From a virus (taxonomy: Duplodnaviria; Caudoviricetes), in IMG/VR virus record IMGVR_UViG_3300049193_000008, positions 1 to 41,761 of that record: a DNA stretch of 41,761 bases; one strand, given 5' to 3'. Numbering within the stretch: position 1 is the first letter of the stretch; the number at the start of each line of letters is the position of its first letter. This document shows positions 1-9,623 of this stretch, in pieces. The position numbers and the translations under genes are program-made. A model generated the notes under the pieces. That model searched no databases. It worked only from the letters and a program-made list of their open reading frames with translations, and was not told the origin of the DNA.

Positions 1-1525
1 ATCCTGGCCCGGCGCCGGCCGCCGCCACAGCTGCGGCGCGATCGGTTTCCCCTGCGATCGCGCGCAGCAGGTTCAGTTCACCGGGTTCGAATACCTGGGA
101 CAGCGACTGCAGCTCGTTGCGCCCGGTGGCGCGCCGAAGCAGCGCCGGTTCGTCACGCAGCAGGCCCAGCAACGCGTTGGCCTGCATGCGCGGGTCGCCA
201 GCCAGGTTGCTGGTGTTCGACGTGCCGCGCCGTGCGATTTCCTCGCCCACTTCCATGCCATTCAGCGGTTTCGACATGGCGGCGTACGTGGTGCGGGCCG
301 TGCCGAATTCCGGGATCGCGTCTTCCATCATCCTGACCCAGGCGTTGCGGGTCGCGCGCACGGCGCCGATCTCCTTGCCGGCAATGCCGCTGGCGGGATC
401 CTTAAGCAGCGCGTCCATGCCCATTTTGATGTCCTGCAGGGTCTGGCCGGTGATCGATGGCGGGGTGGCCGGTACCGCCGGCGTGGAGTTGTTCATCAGG
501 CTGCTGCCAGGCCGTGCCGGCACCGCTGCGGCGCCAGGCTGCAGACCGAATTCCCGGCCTTCTTCCTTGGCGATGCCGGCGGCGCGCGCCAGGGCTTTCT
601 GCATCGATGGCCGGTTCAGCAGCGCCTGCAGCTCCGCCGTCACCGGGACTTCCTGCGCAAAGGCCGCTTGGTAGAGGGGCTTGGTGGCCGCCTCGCGTGC
701 CTGTTCCGCTGCGGTGCGCTTGGCGGTATCGCCGGCCAGCGATTCAAGCGCGTTCACGCGCGCCGCGTTGTTCGCGCTCAGGCGCTGGCCGATGCGGTTC
801 TCAATCTGTGGATCGAGCGCGCGCAGGGCATCCTGCAGTCTGGCCATGCCGGCGTCGCCGGTCGCTTCCGCCACGGTCGGCACGGCGCCGGTTATGGTCT
901 GGCCGCCATTTGCGCGTGCTAAAGCGTTCGGGTTTTCGGCGAAGCGGTTGATCATGCGCCCCGCGATCATCTGGCGGCCGCCTTCGGTGAATGGCGCGGC
1001 CAGGGCTTTACTGGCCTGGTAGCCGGCTTTCAGCGCGCGGCCCGCCAGCACCCCACCGCCGCCAGCCGCAGCGCCCACCATTGTATTCGTCAGTCGCTCG
1101 CCATCCGCCGCCGTGGGCTGGATGAAACCTTGGGCCGCACCAACGGCGGCCGCGCCAGGCAGCGTCGCGGCGCCAGGGATCATCATGGCCGGCAGCGCCG
1201 CAGCAACGTTACCCAGTACATTGCCCACCCGGCCCGCACCGCTCGACATCAGCGCGGCGTCGCGCTGGCGGGATTCCGCGACTTCCTCGGGCGACACCAT
1301 GCCCACCAGTTGGCCGACGCCGCGCCCCACATCCACGAACGCCTTGCCCATGCCGGCGCGTAGCTTGTCGAAGTTCGACATGTCCTCGGTCGGGTCATAG
1401 CGTGGCGCCGCCGGCGCGGCCAACTGCGTTTGCAGCATCTGGAACGCTTGCTCGCGCGTGGCACCGGCTGGGCCGGTGATCGAATATTTCTTGCCTTCGG
1501 GTGAAGTGAATTCGAAGGTCGGCAT
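1..1525 (-). CDS. DNA ejection/internal virion protein (P22 gp16-like position), runs off left edge
   Basis: ATG at 1525 (MPTFEFTSPEGKKYSITGPAGATREQAF...). The frame is open to base 1, Ala/Gly-rich, and follows two other ejection-type genes. Absent from the ORF track because it is truncated. Confidence 0.7.
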   Translation of the reverse strand, partial: MPTFEFTSPEGKKYSITGPAGATREQAFQMLQTQLAAPAAPRYDPTEDMSNFDKLRAGMGKAFVDVGRGVGQLVGMVSPEEVAESRQRDAALMSSGAGRVGNVLGNVAAALPAMMIPGAATLPGAAAVGAAQGFIQPTAADGERLTNTMVGAAAGGGGVLAGRALKAGYQASKALAAPFTEGGRQMIAGRMINRFAENPNALARANGGQTITGAVPTVAEATGDAGMARLQDALRALDPQIENRIGQRLSANNAARVNALESLAGDTAKRTAAEQAREAATKPLYQAAFAQEVPVTAELQALLNRPSMQKALARAAGIAKEEGREFGLQPGAAAVPARPGSSLMNNSTPAVPATPPSITGQTLQDIKMGMDALLKDPASGIAGKEIGAVRATRNAWVRMMEDAIPEFGTARTTYAAMSKPLNGMEVGEEIARRGTSNTSNLAGDPRMQANALLGLLRDEPALLRRATGRNELQSLSQVFEPGELNLLRAIAGETDRAAAVAAAGAGPG

Positions 1526-1526
1526 A

Positions 1527-2855
1527 TCAGTGCTCCGTCACGGTCCAGCCATCTGGTAGGCCGGTGGTTGCCGCAGGTGCGCCCACGCCAGCATTCGGCC
1601 CGGCGCTGCGCAGCAGGCCTTCGATGGCGGTTTTGCGGTTTTCCGCCTTTTGCTTGATCACCTTTTTGCCGTCACCAGGTTGCGGGAAGTATTGGCGTTT
1701 GGCGTTTTCAAACTCGGTTGGCCCAATGACAGCGCCAGATTCTTGCCGCAGCACGGCATTGATGAAATCGCGCTGGGCCTGCTCGGCGCGCTGGTCGTTG
1801 TCGCTCATCGATGAGTTGACGGCGGCGCCAGCCATTCCACCAATCAGCGGAAAATCCTGCACGGCCATCTTCGAGTTGACCAGCTTCGGATCGTACTTAT
1901 CGCCAATTTCCGTCAAGATGGCGTTCGCTTTTGTGGCCCGGTCACCGAAGGCGGCGGATTTCCCCTGGAACTCGGTCAGAGGCTTGGCCGGCGCGCCGAC
2001 AGGCTTGCCGCCGGCGGTGACGGGCACCGCAGCGCCAGTGCGCTGATCCACCACCATCGGGCCGGCTTCCGTCTGTACCACCTGGCCGCGCGGCAAGGCA
2101 TTCGTTTCGCGCTGGCGCGCATCGGTCATATTCTGGCCGCGAACGGTGGCGGCGACTGTGGCATTGTTGTTGGCGCGGGAGGTGGCGTTCGTGTCGGCAT
2201 TGTTGTTGCGCGACGTTTCGTTTGTCGCCACAGTGTTTGCATCCGGCGCGATATAGCCGGCGGCCTGCTCCGGCTTCATAATCCGTTGCAGCATCCCGAT
2301 TTGCCATGCTGGGAACTGCGCCGGGTCTGTGGGAATGGTTTTTCGGATCAATTCTGCTTGTTCAGGGGGGATATCTCCGGCGGCTGCATGCGCCTGCAAG
2401 CTGGCCAGTGCATGTTCCGGTGAAGTGAGCGACGCAATGTCGGAAATAGCCTTTTGGCGCTTCTGGTCGAAGAGTTTGAACTCCGTTTCCGAAGTCTCAG
2501 CCTTCAATTTTCCAGTATCCGCAGATGTTTTATTGACATCAGCTTGCAATTTTTCCGTGGCCAAGCGTTTGTCCTGGTAGGGCTGCACCAAGTGACCGGC
2601 ACCGCTTTTAAAAAGCGAGTTCGCCACGCCATTTGGGTCAATCTTTCCGGTGGATGGATCGAAATTGTCACGCATGGCCTGCGACATCGCAGTCTGATCG
2701 TTGAAAGCGCGCTCCCGGTCCTGCATGGCGAACTGGGCCAGCGCATTTTGGTTCTGGGCAGCGCGGATTTGCTGCACCTGGGCGAACTGAGCTAAAGGAT
2801 TAGGCAGCTCTACGCCGCGTGCTTGCAGAGCAATGGATGGATCAATGGTGGCCAT
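1527..2855 (-). CDS. DNA ejection/transfer protein (gp20-like position)
   Basis: 442 aa, Ala/Gln/Asn-rich and helical, tightly packed between two ejection-type genes. Confidence 0.65.
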   Translation of the reverse strand: MATIDPSIALQARGVELPNPLAQFAQVQQIRAAQNQNALAQFAMQDRERAFNDQTAMSQAMRDNFDPSTGKIDPNGVANSLFKSGAGHLVQPYQDKRLATEKLQADVNKTSADTGKLKAETSETEFKLFDQKRQKAISDIASLTSPEHALASLQAHAAAGDIPPEQAELIRKTIPTDPAQFPAWQIGMLQRIMKPEQAAGYIAPDANTVATNETSRNNNADTNATSRANNNATVAATVRGQNMTDARQRETNALPRGQVVQTEAGPMVVDQRTGAAVPVTAGGKPVGAPAKPLTEFQGKSAAFGDRATKANAILTEIGDKYDPKLVNSKMAVQDFPLIGGMAGAAVNSSMSDNDQRAEQAQRDFINAVLRQESGAVIGPTEFENAKRQYFPQPGDGKKVIKQKAENRKTAIEGLLRSAGPNAGVGAPAATTGLPDGWTVTEH

Positions 2856-2856
2856 A

Positions 2857-3825
2857 TCAGAATGCTCCGTAGAGTTCAGCTGGCGAAACGCCCTGGTTCA
2901 AAATTCCAGCATTGGCGCTCAGGAAATTCGGGTAGGCACTGGAAAATGACGGACTCGACCCGCCGCCGCGCAGCGAATTCAGCATATTCATGTTCTGGTA
3001 GAAGTTCAGCCCCTGGCCGATAGCTCCGGTAATCGCATTCGCGCCACCGATATAGCCGCTGGCGCGAGCGTTGCCGGCGCCGATCAGGTTATTGCTGACT
3101 GCATTTGTGTAATTGGCTCCTGCGCCTGCGATATTTCCGTATGCGTTGGTGCCGGCGCTGCCGATTGCCCCGTATGCATTCGTTCCTGCGTTGCCGATGG
3201 CGCCGTATGCGTTGGTGCCTGCCTGCTGAGTCTGGCCGTTTGCGGTCTGCCCGATGCCAGCCATGCTGGCCAAGTAGTTGAAACGGGTGCTCTGGTCATT
3301 TTTGAACCGATTGTAGGCGTCCCCGAACCCCTGCGATGCCAGTCCCTGGTTGAAGCGCGTCAGCTCCTTCAGTGCAGCGCCGGAATTGAACATGCCGCGC
3401 GCGGCCAGGGCGCTGTTGATGCCCTTGGTCCCTTCCGACAGACGGTACTGATAACCAGGATCAACGGTGAAATCGGCCAAGGTGAAATTCTTGGTGAATT
3501 CGCCCCCCGGCGCCAGGCCGGTGCCGAGCTGGCGCAGCGCGTTGTAACCCTGCTCGCGGTACGGCGCCACGTCGGTCCGCTGCTGATCCAGCAGGCCCAG
3601 CCAGTCGGCGCGCTGACGGTCGAGCTGTGCGAGTTGATCGGCGCGTGTCTGGTCATATAACCGCAATTGATCGGTACGAGTCTGGTCATACTGGCGCGCA
3701 GATTCGGCAGTAGAGTCGGCAGAAGACTGAACTTGAGAATTTACGGCATTTTTTGTGGCGTTTTTGTTGATCAGCGCGCCGCCCACTGTTCCTACAATGG
3801 CCGCACCGGCTACCCAGAAAGTCAT
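2857..3825 (-). CDS. DNA ejection/transfer protein (gp7-like)
   Basis: Hydrophobic Gly/Ala N-terminus (MTFWVAGAAIVGTVGGAL), DPGYQYRL...G..NSGAALKEL motif typical of these podophage proteins, and 11-aa repeats. Confidence 0.7.
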   Translation of the reverse strand: MTFWVAGAAIVGTVGGALINKNATKNAVNSQVQSSADSTAESARQYDQTRTDQLRLYDQTRADQLAQLDRQRADWLGLLDQQRTDVAPYREQGYNALRQLGTGLAPGGEFTKNFTLADFTVDPGYQYRLSEGTKGINSALAARGMFNSGAALKELTRFNQGLASQGFGDAYNRFKNDQSTRFNYLASMAGIGQTANGQTQQAGTNAYGAIGNAGTNAYGAIGSAGTNAYGNIAGAGANYTNAVSNNLIGAGNARASGYIGGANAITGAIGQGLNFYQNMNMLNSLRGGGSSPSFSSAYPNFLSANAGILNQGVSPAELYGAF

Positions 3826-4283
3826 TTCAACACCTCTTGTTTGATCAGGTTTCCGGCCAAATACATCGATGCCGAATCTTCTTCGACCAGTTCTGCTTCC
3901 GCCGCCTCAACGGTAGTTGCATCGGTGCGATGGAGTGTCATGCAGAGCGCCGGCGTTTCGCTGTACACCGCGCGTTTCGTACCTGGCATGCACATCAGCA
4001 GCGCCGGGCCGGTGAGGCGCTGCACGCCGTCATCGGTCGTGATCACCACCGTGCCGCTCACCACCACGTAGAAATGCTCTTTTCTGTGCACCTTGCCCAC
4101 GACGACCACGTCCGCATCGCGCCAGACTTCACGGCAGTACATGCCGCCATGGAAGTAGTGCTTCGTCACCGGTTCGTACTGGGTTAGCTGTAACAACTCC
4201 TCCTGCAACCGTTCGACTGCAGCGCGCGCTGTATGGCGCGGCACCTGCAGACTGCCGCTGAATGAAAAGCCGACAAGATTCAT
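3822..4283 (-). CDS. Cupin-like virion-module protein
   Basis: HYFHGGMYCRE...VGKVHRKEH...PGTKRAV pattern; 4-nt overlaps with both neighbours. Confidence 0.55.
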   Translation of the reverse strand: MNLVGFSFSGSLQVPRHTARAAVERLQEELLQLTQYEPVTKHYFHGGMYCREVWRDADVVVVGKVHRKEHFYVVVSGTVVITTDDGVQRLTGPALLMCMPGTKRAVYSETPALCMTLHRTDATTVEAAEAELVEEDSASMYLAGNLIKQEVLK

Positions 4284-5236
4284 GGCTCACCATCCGCGTT
4301 CGGTTCAAACTGGCTGCGACAGACCTCTGGATATGCCCCGCGGGCGATCATCATGGCTTCGTCGCGCTTGAGCTTCATTTCCTGCGTCACCGGCACACCG
4401 AACGGGATGGCGATGTCGATAACCAGCTGGGCCGACAGCGCGCGGAAGTACTCGGCAGGGAAGTCGGCGTCGTCGTTCAGGTCCGTGAAATCCTCCACCG
4501 GCGACAAGTAGACCACCGATAATACCTTCGTGACGTCATCCGGCACCCGGTTCAGGTACAGCACGCCATTGGTCAGCTGCGCTTCGTAGTAGGCGCGGTC
4601 CGGCGTTCCCTCGGTCGTTTTGTCGGGCAGCGCCTGGTACTCCTCCAGCAGCATCGTGGGATCAACATATTGTTCCTGGTCGTCGGTGCCTTTCAGCATC
4701 GAGGTGAGAATTTTCAGCGGGCGCCGCATCTTCGTGGTGTACGCGAACACGCGCGCTCCGGCGGCGGCAGCCGCGGTCAAAACGTTCGTCAGCGTCACCA
4801 CGGCGCCGGCCGGCGCGCCGTTCACGGTGGTCCACTGGAAAAAGCCAGTGTTCAGCAGCACGCCGATGTACATGGTGTCGCTGATTCCGGCCGCGCTGGC
4901 TAGGGTGATGGTACCGGCGCCCAGCGCGGCACCGGTGGCCAGCGTGGACGTCACATACGATTCGCTGGCGTTGTCACCGGATGGGCCCAGGGCATACGCC
5001 ACCTGGTCCTTTTGGAGGAACACGGTGGCGCGCCGGCGCGTCCACATGCGGAAGCCTGGCGCGTAGTCGGCATTGCCGGACCACTGCTTGGCGATCATGT
5101 TCAGCTTGCGTCGGCAGGTGGCCACTTGATCCGCCTCCAGCGATTCGCCCACACCGAGCGCGCCGATGTCTTCCATCGCGTCGGTGATGATGTCGCTTTC
5201 GTTGACCGTGAAGGTCACCACGCCGGAAGATGCCAT
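4280..5236 (-). CDS. Head-tail adaptor / head completion protein (P22 gp4-like)
   Basis: N-terminal DIITDAMEDIGALGVGESL...LNMI and C-terminal DFPAEYFRAL...L.IDIAIPFG motifs; located after the capsid genes. Confidence 0.65.
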   Translation of the reverse strand: MASSGVVTFTVNESDIITDAMEDIGALGVGESLEADQVATCRRKLNMIAKQWSGNADYAPGFRMWTRRRATVFLQKDQVAYALGPSGDNASESYVTSTLATGAALGAGTITLASAAGISDTMYIGVLLNTGFFQWTTVNGAPAGAVVTLTNVLTAAAAAGARVFAYTTKMRRPLKILTSMLKGTDDQEQYVDPTMLLEEYQALPDKTTEGTPDRAYYEAQLTNGVLYLNRVPDDVTKVLSVVYLSPVEDFTDLNDDADFPAEYFRALSAQLVIDIAIPFGVPVTQEMKLKRDEAMMIARGAYPEVCRSQFEPNADGEP

Positions 5237-6769
5237 TTATGCCGCCTTGGTCAGGAATGATTTGAATGCCGCCCAGGCCTGCTCCAGGCTGATGTCGGCC
5301 TGGCAGGCGGCCGTTCCGGTCGCTTCGTCGCGCCGGCAGTGCTCGAAGCCGTAATGCATCTGGTGGCACGGGTAGCACGAGGTGTTCCGCGGCGTCAGCG
5401 ACACGTTGTTGACCCAGTGCTTGGTCAGGTTTTCGATGCTGGAGTGCGACAGCAGGGTGATCTTCGGCAGCGGCATCAGGGCGGCGGCGCTCATCACGCC
5501 GGTTTCCGGACCGAACACCAGGTCGACCTGGTCCAACATGGCCAGCGACTGGCGAATGCTGTACTTGCCCGACATGCGCACCACGCGCGGCTCGTTTTCC
5601 CAGCCCGCCTCCAGCAGCTCGCAGGTGGCGTCGCCCACCAGGATGATGCGCACGTCTGGGTATGCCGTCAGCAGGCGCGCCAGCAGGCCATCCATGTGCG
5701 GCCACACCTTGTGCACGCTCGATCCGGACAGGCAGTACATCACCACCAAGCCGCCGCCGATGCGCGCGCGCTCCTTGCGGGCCCAGGCCTGCTCTTCCTG
5801 CGACGGGTAGAAGCGCTGGCGGATCGGCAGCGGCACTTCGGCCAGGTCGTGCAGGAACTCGGCGTAATTCACGTCCAGGTACTTGCGGCGCAGGTTGACC
5901 GGCCAGCCGTGGGCCGTGCGGCCTGGCAGGGCTAGCCAGGAGCCCTCCACGCTTTCCGATAAGTTGATGAATTTTTGGTACTTCTTCGCTTCCCACTTCC
6001 AGAAGTCCGGCAGCAGGTGATTCGGCACCTGGTCGGTGTCCTGCAAGTAGACCTCGTCGATATTCGGGTCATGCCGGACCACATCCCAGCCGCGCGCCGT
6101 GGTGTACAGCGTCACGTGATAGCCCTGGGCCTTCAGGCCGGGGAATATGGACGAAGCCTGCACCAGGTCGCCGAAAGCGCCATATCGGACCACGGCTGCG
6201 CGCTTGGCAGGCTTCGGCTCCCGGCAGCTATAGAGATGCTTCTCGGCGCGCTTGCGGTACACCTGGAAGAAGCTGTATTCGGTGTTGGCGGCGCGGTCTT
6301 CGTTGCGCACTAGGTCCCAGCAGCCGATGGCCTTCATGGCCTCAACGATATCGGCCGGCGCGAAGTCGTGCTTGTGATCCGGGTTGGAGCCCGGCTGGCC
6401 GATGCGGGGGTACAGATCGCGGTGCGGCAGATAGAGCACCAGGTGGCCGCCCGGCTTGATCACGCGCCACCATTCCTTCAGGGCGGCCTTGTAGTCATCG
6501 ACGTGCTCCAGCAGGTGCGAGCTGAAAACGAAGTCCATCGATGCGCTGCCGAACAGCTGCAAGTGCGTGCAATCGTCCACTGTCACGTCGGGCGCCATCT
6601 GTACGCCGAACAGCTCAGTGTCCTTGCGGTTGTCCACGCCGATGAAGTGCGGGAACGCCTTGCTCGGGCCGCATCCCAGGTCTAGGCCGTGGCCGCGAGT
6701 GTACGGGACCAGTTCCCAAACGATTTTGCCTGCTTCATTGCCCTGCGGGTCTTCTGCGCGCCAGATCAT
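5237..6769 (-). CDS. Class I SAM methyltransferase fused to glycosyltransferase family 9 (heptosyltransferase-like)
   Basis: N-terminal LDLGCG, DFVFSSHLLEHV, EWWRVIKPGGHL. C-terminal VVRYGAFGDLV, SGSSVHKVWP, DLVFGPETG. Start placed at ATG 6769, downstream of a terminator and after an AGG-type RBS. Confidence 0.85.
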   Translation of the reverse strand: MIWRAEDPQGNEAGKIVWELVPYTRGHGLDLGCGPSKAFPHFIGVDNRKDTELFGVQMAPDVTVDDCTHLQLFGSASMDFVFSSHLLEHVDDYKAALKEWWRVIKPGGHLVLYLPHRDLYPRIGQPGSNPDHKHDFAPADIVEAMKAIGCWDLVRNEDRAANTEYSFFQVYRKRAEKHLYSCREPKPAKRAAVVRYGAFGDLVQASSIFPGLKAQGYHVTLYTTARGWDVVRHDPNIDEVYLQDTDQVPNHLLPDFWKWEAKKYQKFINLSESVEGSWLALPGRTAHGWPVNLRRKYLDVNYAEFLHDLAEVPLPIRQRFYPSQEEQAWARKERARIGGGLVVMYCLSGSSVHKVWPHMDGLLARLLTAYPDVRIILVGDATCELLEAGWENEPRVVRMSGKYSIRQSLAMLDQVDLVFGPETGVMSAAALMPLPKITLLSHSSIENLTKHWVNNVSLTPRNTSCYPCHQMHYGFEHCRRDEATGTAACQADISLEQAWAAFKSFLTKAA

Positions 6770-6793
6770 GCTTGATCGCCTTTCGGTAGATCC

Positions 6794-6822
6794 AAAAAGA
6801 AAGGGCGCCCCGCAGGGCGCCC
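6794..6822 (-). terminator. Rho-independent terminator after capsid/decoration genes
   Basis: GGGCGCCC-4 nt-GGGCGCCC stem followed by TTTCTTTTT on the minus strand. Confidence 0.8.
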
Positions 6823-6840
6823 AGGTTGCTGTCGACGAGA

Positions 6841-7233
6841 TCAGGCCGTGAAGTTCGAGCCAGGAATCACCACGCATTCGAATGCCACCGCGTTAGATGC
6901 GGTGGCGTCGGTGCCGTGCGTGTACCAGAACTGGTCTCCCTGGGCCAGCGTCACTTCCGTGGTCAGGTCGTCATAGATCGCTGCCGTGGACGCCGACGTC
7001 AGCGCCGTCAGCGTGGTGGTGGCCGTGGCCGTGCCGCTCTTCGAATACAGCAGCGGCTGGCTGGCAGACGTGCCGGCGACGACCGGGCCGGAGATCACCG
7101 CTTTGATTTTCATTGCGGTGAAGGCAGCGAACTTGGTCGTGACGCCATTGGCGCCGGCGGCGGAAAGGCCCGAAAATACATACGGCGTCAGGTATGCCGC
7201 GTGGTCATAAGCCATGCTCTTGGTGGTTGCCAT
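6841..7233 (-). CDS. Probable capsid decoration/cement protein
   Basis: 130 aa, Thr/Ala-rich beta-type sequence directly after the major capsid gene and before the terminator. Confidence 0.55.
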   Translation of the reverse strand: MATTKSMAYDHAAYLTPYVFSGLSAAGANGVTTKFAAFTAMKIKAVISGPVVAGTSASQPLLYSKSGTATATTTLTALTSASTAAIYDDLTTEVTLAQGDQFWYTHGTDATASNAVAFECVVIPGSNFTA

Positions 7234-7311
7234 GTCAATTCTCCGCCGAATGCGCCTCTCACATCCGGTATGGTCGGGCAGCGGGAGAAGGCCCGGTCCG
7301 CCCTGGATTGA

Positions 7312-8304
7312 TTACGCCGCCGAGTCCCACTTGACGATGCGTTCTTCGGACGCCGACTGATGCACCTTGCCGAAGCCGTTCAGCGAGTACCAGGCCACGC
7401 CCTTGGAGCGGCCGTAGTCGGTCGGGATCTTGGCCCGGATTTCCTCGGGGATCGCGATGCCTTCCGCCACCGTGTCTTCGCCGAAGAAGAAGATCCAGTC
7501 GGACGTCGCGTTGTCCCACGCGTCCGCAGTGTTGGTGAACGTGTTGTACGTGGTGGAGTTGGCGGCGCCGCCTTTCGGGATGTTGGTCTGCTCGACGTAG
7601 CGGGTGTTTTCATAGCGGCCCACTTCCCCGTTCATGATCATGCCCAGGCCTTCGGACGTGTACTGGTGGATGCTTTCCAGGTCGTTCTTGAAGGTGCGGT
7701 AGGTGGTGGGCCACGCCAGCGCGTAGTAGTCGTCGGCGATGTATGCGGGAATGTTGCGTTCCTTCATCGTGTCGACGATAGCCTTGGCATGGTTCTTGTT
7801 GAACGCAATGCTGTTGGTGGCGGTGGCCGTGCCGTTGGTGGTCAGGGTGACCGCCGTGGACGACGTGCCGCCCGTCGGCACCACGCGCAACAGGGTGCGG
7901 TTGAACTGCTGATGCGCAGCGCAGTCCATCACCTTGGTGGCATCGTTACGCAGCGCCTTCATGACAGGCTCGCGCACCGGGAACTGGCCCAGCGCTTCCA
8001 GCTTGCCGGAATAGGGCACGGAATTGCCGTATTCGGTGATGGTCAGCGTGCCCTGCGTGATGGTGAACTGCGTTTCCGGCATCGTATTCGTTTCCGTCAG
8101 GGTGTTGCCCTGCGTGGCCACATTTGACACGATGTCCCAGGTGAAGGTTTCACCCTTGCTTTTCCCTTGCTGGGAGGCGTCTTTCACATCGCAGAACTGG
8201 CGGAACTTCACACGCGGTTGCAGCGCTTGGCGAAGCTCATTCGACAGGTTCAGCGAGTAGAAATAGCCGCCCAGGGTATTTACTGCCCAGAGTTGTCCAG
8301 CCAT
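7312..8304 (-). CDS. Major capsid protein (N4-gp56-like family)
   Basis: 330 aa after the scaffold gene, GGAG RBS, motifs LTITEYGNSV, MNGEVGRYENTRYVE, DYGRSKGVAWY. Confidence 0.85.
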   Translation of the reverse strand: MAGQLWAVNTLGGYFYSLNLSNELRQALQPRVKFRQFCDVKDASQQGKSKGETFTWDIVSNVATQGNTLTETNTMPETQFTITQGTLTITEYGNSVPYSGKLEALGQFPVREPVMKALRNDATKVMDCAAHQQFNRTLLRVVPTGGTSSTAVTLTTNGTATATNSIAFNKNHAKAIVDTMKERNIPAYIADDYYALAWPTTYRTFKNDLESIHQYTSEGLGMIMNGEVGRYENTRYVEQTNIPKGGAANSTTYNTFTNTADAWDNATSDWIFFFGEDTVAEGIAIPEEIRAKIPTDYGRSKGVAWYSLNGFGKVHQSASEERIVKWDSAA

Positions 8305-8318
8305 TTTGTTGCTACTCC

Positions 8319-9305
8319 TTAATCAATGCGTTGGTGACGCGCCTTGCGCATGTCGGCGATGATTTGCGACGTGGATTTCGGCTTGTCGGGTTGCGGCGCC
8401 GGCGTCCGGACACTTGCCCCGGATACGGCTACCGTACTGCGTTTGCGGTCGGCTTTGTTTTCGGCCACGTTCGACGGCGCTTGCACACCGAGCGCTTTCA
8501 GCTGGGAGCGCGCAGCTTCACCGTGCGCACGATAGGCTTCGTACGGGTCGCCCAGGGGCTTGCCGCTCGCCGTCGCTTGCTGGATCCGCATGTCTTCCTG
8601 CTGGGCCACCCAGGTGGCCGCCATCGGGTTGCTTACAATGTCCGGAAACTCTTCCTTGAACCGCCTTGCTGCCGCTTCGGCATCACGCCGATACAGCGCG
8701 CCGTTCAGGCGTTCGTCGACCGCGGCGCCGATGGCGGCGGGATCGATGCCTTGCTGGCGCGGTTGCTGCTGACCCTGCTCGTCTTCGCCAGATGGAGCAG
8801 ATTGCTGCCGCGCGCCCTGGGCGGGTGGCTCGGCATTCAAACCGACCTGCGCCGCATACTGCTGCGCCTGCCGGAATAATTCGGTTGCGTGCTGTAGCCG
8901 AGAATCGGCCGCTGCTTCTTTCTGCAGCGTGCGCCGGCCGGCTTCGATGATCTTGTTTTTCGGGACGGTGACTTCCTGGCCATCGACGATGATGGTTTCG
9001 GTTTCTTCGGCTGCTACTGCTGGCGCGGCCGTTGCAACCGGCAACGGATCATCGTCGTCATCGCCATCATCATTCGTGGCGGTCGCTTGTGGTTTCGGTG
9101 CCGGTGCCGACGCTGGCGTAGCAGCAGCCGGCGGCGCGATTTCGCCCGTGTTTTCGTCAAATTCCTGCATTTCGCTCGCGACAGCAGCATGCGCACGCTG
9201 TGCGATTTCCTGCATTGCCGCATTGCGCGCGGCGTAGCCCATCGTGATTTGCGTTTTCTGCTGCGGTTGCTGCTGGGCGTCCACGCCATTGGTAGCTTCT
9301 GCCAT
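8319..9305 (-). CDS. Scaffolding protein
   Basis: Acidic low-complexity N-terminus, IIVDGQEVTVP motif, coiled coil and basic C-terminal helix; lies between portal and capsid genes. Confidence 0.75.
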   Translation of the reverse strand: MAEATNGVDAQQQPQQKTQITMGYAARNAAMQEIAQRAHAAVASEMQEFDENTGEIAPPAAATPASAPAPKPQATATNDDGDDDDDPLPVATAAPAVAAEETETIIVDGQEVTVPKNKIIEAGRRTLQKEAAADSRLQHATELFRQAQQYAAQVGLNAEPPAQGARQQSAPSGEDEQGQQQPRQQGIDPAAIGAAVDERLNGALYRRDAEAAARRFKEEFPDIVSNPMAATWVAQQEDMRIQQATASGKPLGDPYEAYRAHGEAARSQLKALGVQAPSNVAENKADRKRSTVAVSGASVRTPAPQPDKPKSTSQIIADMRKARHQRID

Positions 9306-9344
9306 GATTTCCTCGATGATTGCCCTGCTGGGCGTTGAAAAAGC

Positions 9345-9623
9345 TTATTCGCCGTCGTGGCGCTGTTGATCGAGCGCCCGCTCGGCTGATTCGCCGGTCT
9401 GGATCATCTCCAGCAGCCAGTCGCGCACCGAGTTGGCGCGCCAGATCTGGTTTTGCAGCTCTGCGATACGCCGACGGCGCCATGGGCTGACCCGTGCGAG
9501 CTTGTCGGCGGCCTCCTGCGCTTCCTGCTCCGCGCGCCCAAGAATGTAGCGCCCGATGTCCGAACGCACGAATTCGGCGGCATCCTGGCCCAGAATGGCC
9601 TCAGCGATCAGTTCATTGCTCAT
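9345..9623 (-). CDS. Small head-module protein
   Basis: 92 aa helical ORF overlapping the portal stop codon. Confidence 0.6.
   Translation of the reverse strand: MSNELIAEAILGQDAAEFVRSDIGRYILGRAEQEAQEAADKLARVSPWRRRRIAELQNQIWRANSVRDWLLEMIQTGESAERALDQQRHDGE

Noticed and set aside
6770-6877. Extended N-terminus of the MTase-GT9 ORF
   Set aside because: It overlaps the upstream gene and spans a terminator; ATG 6769 is the better start.
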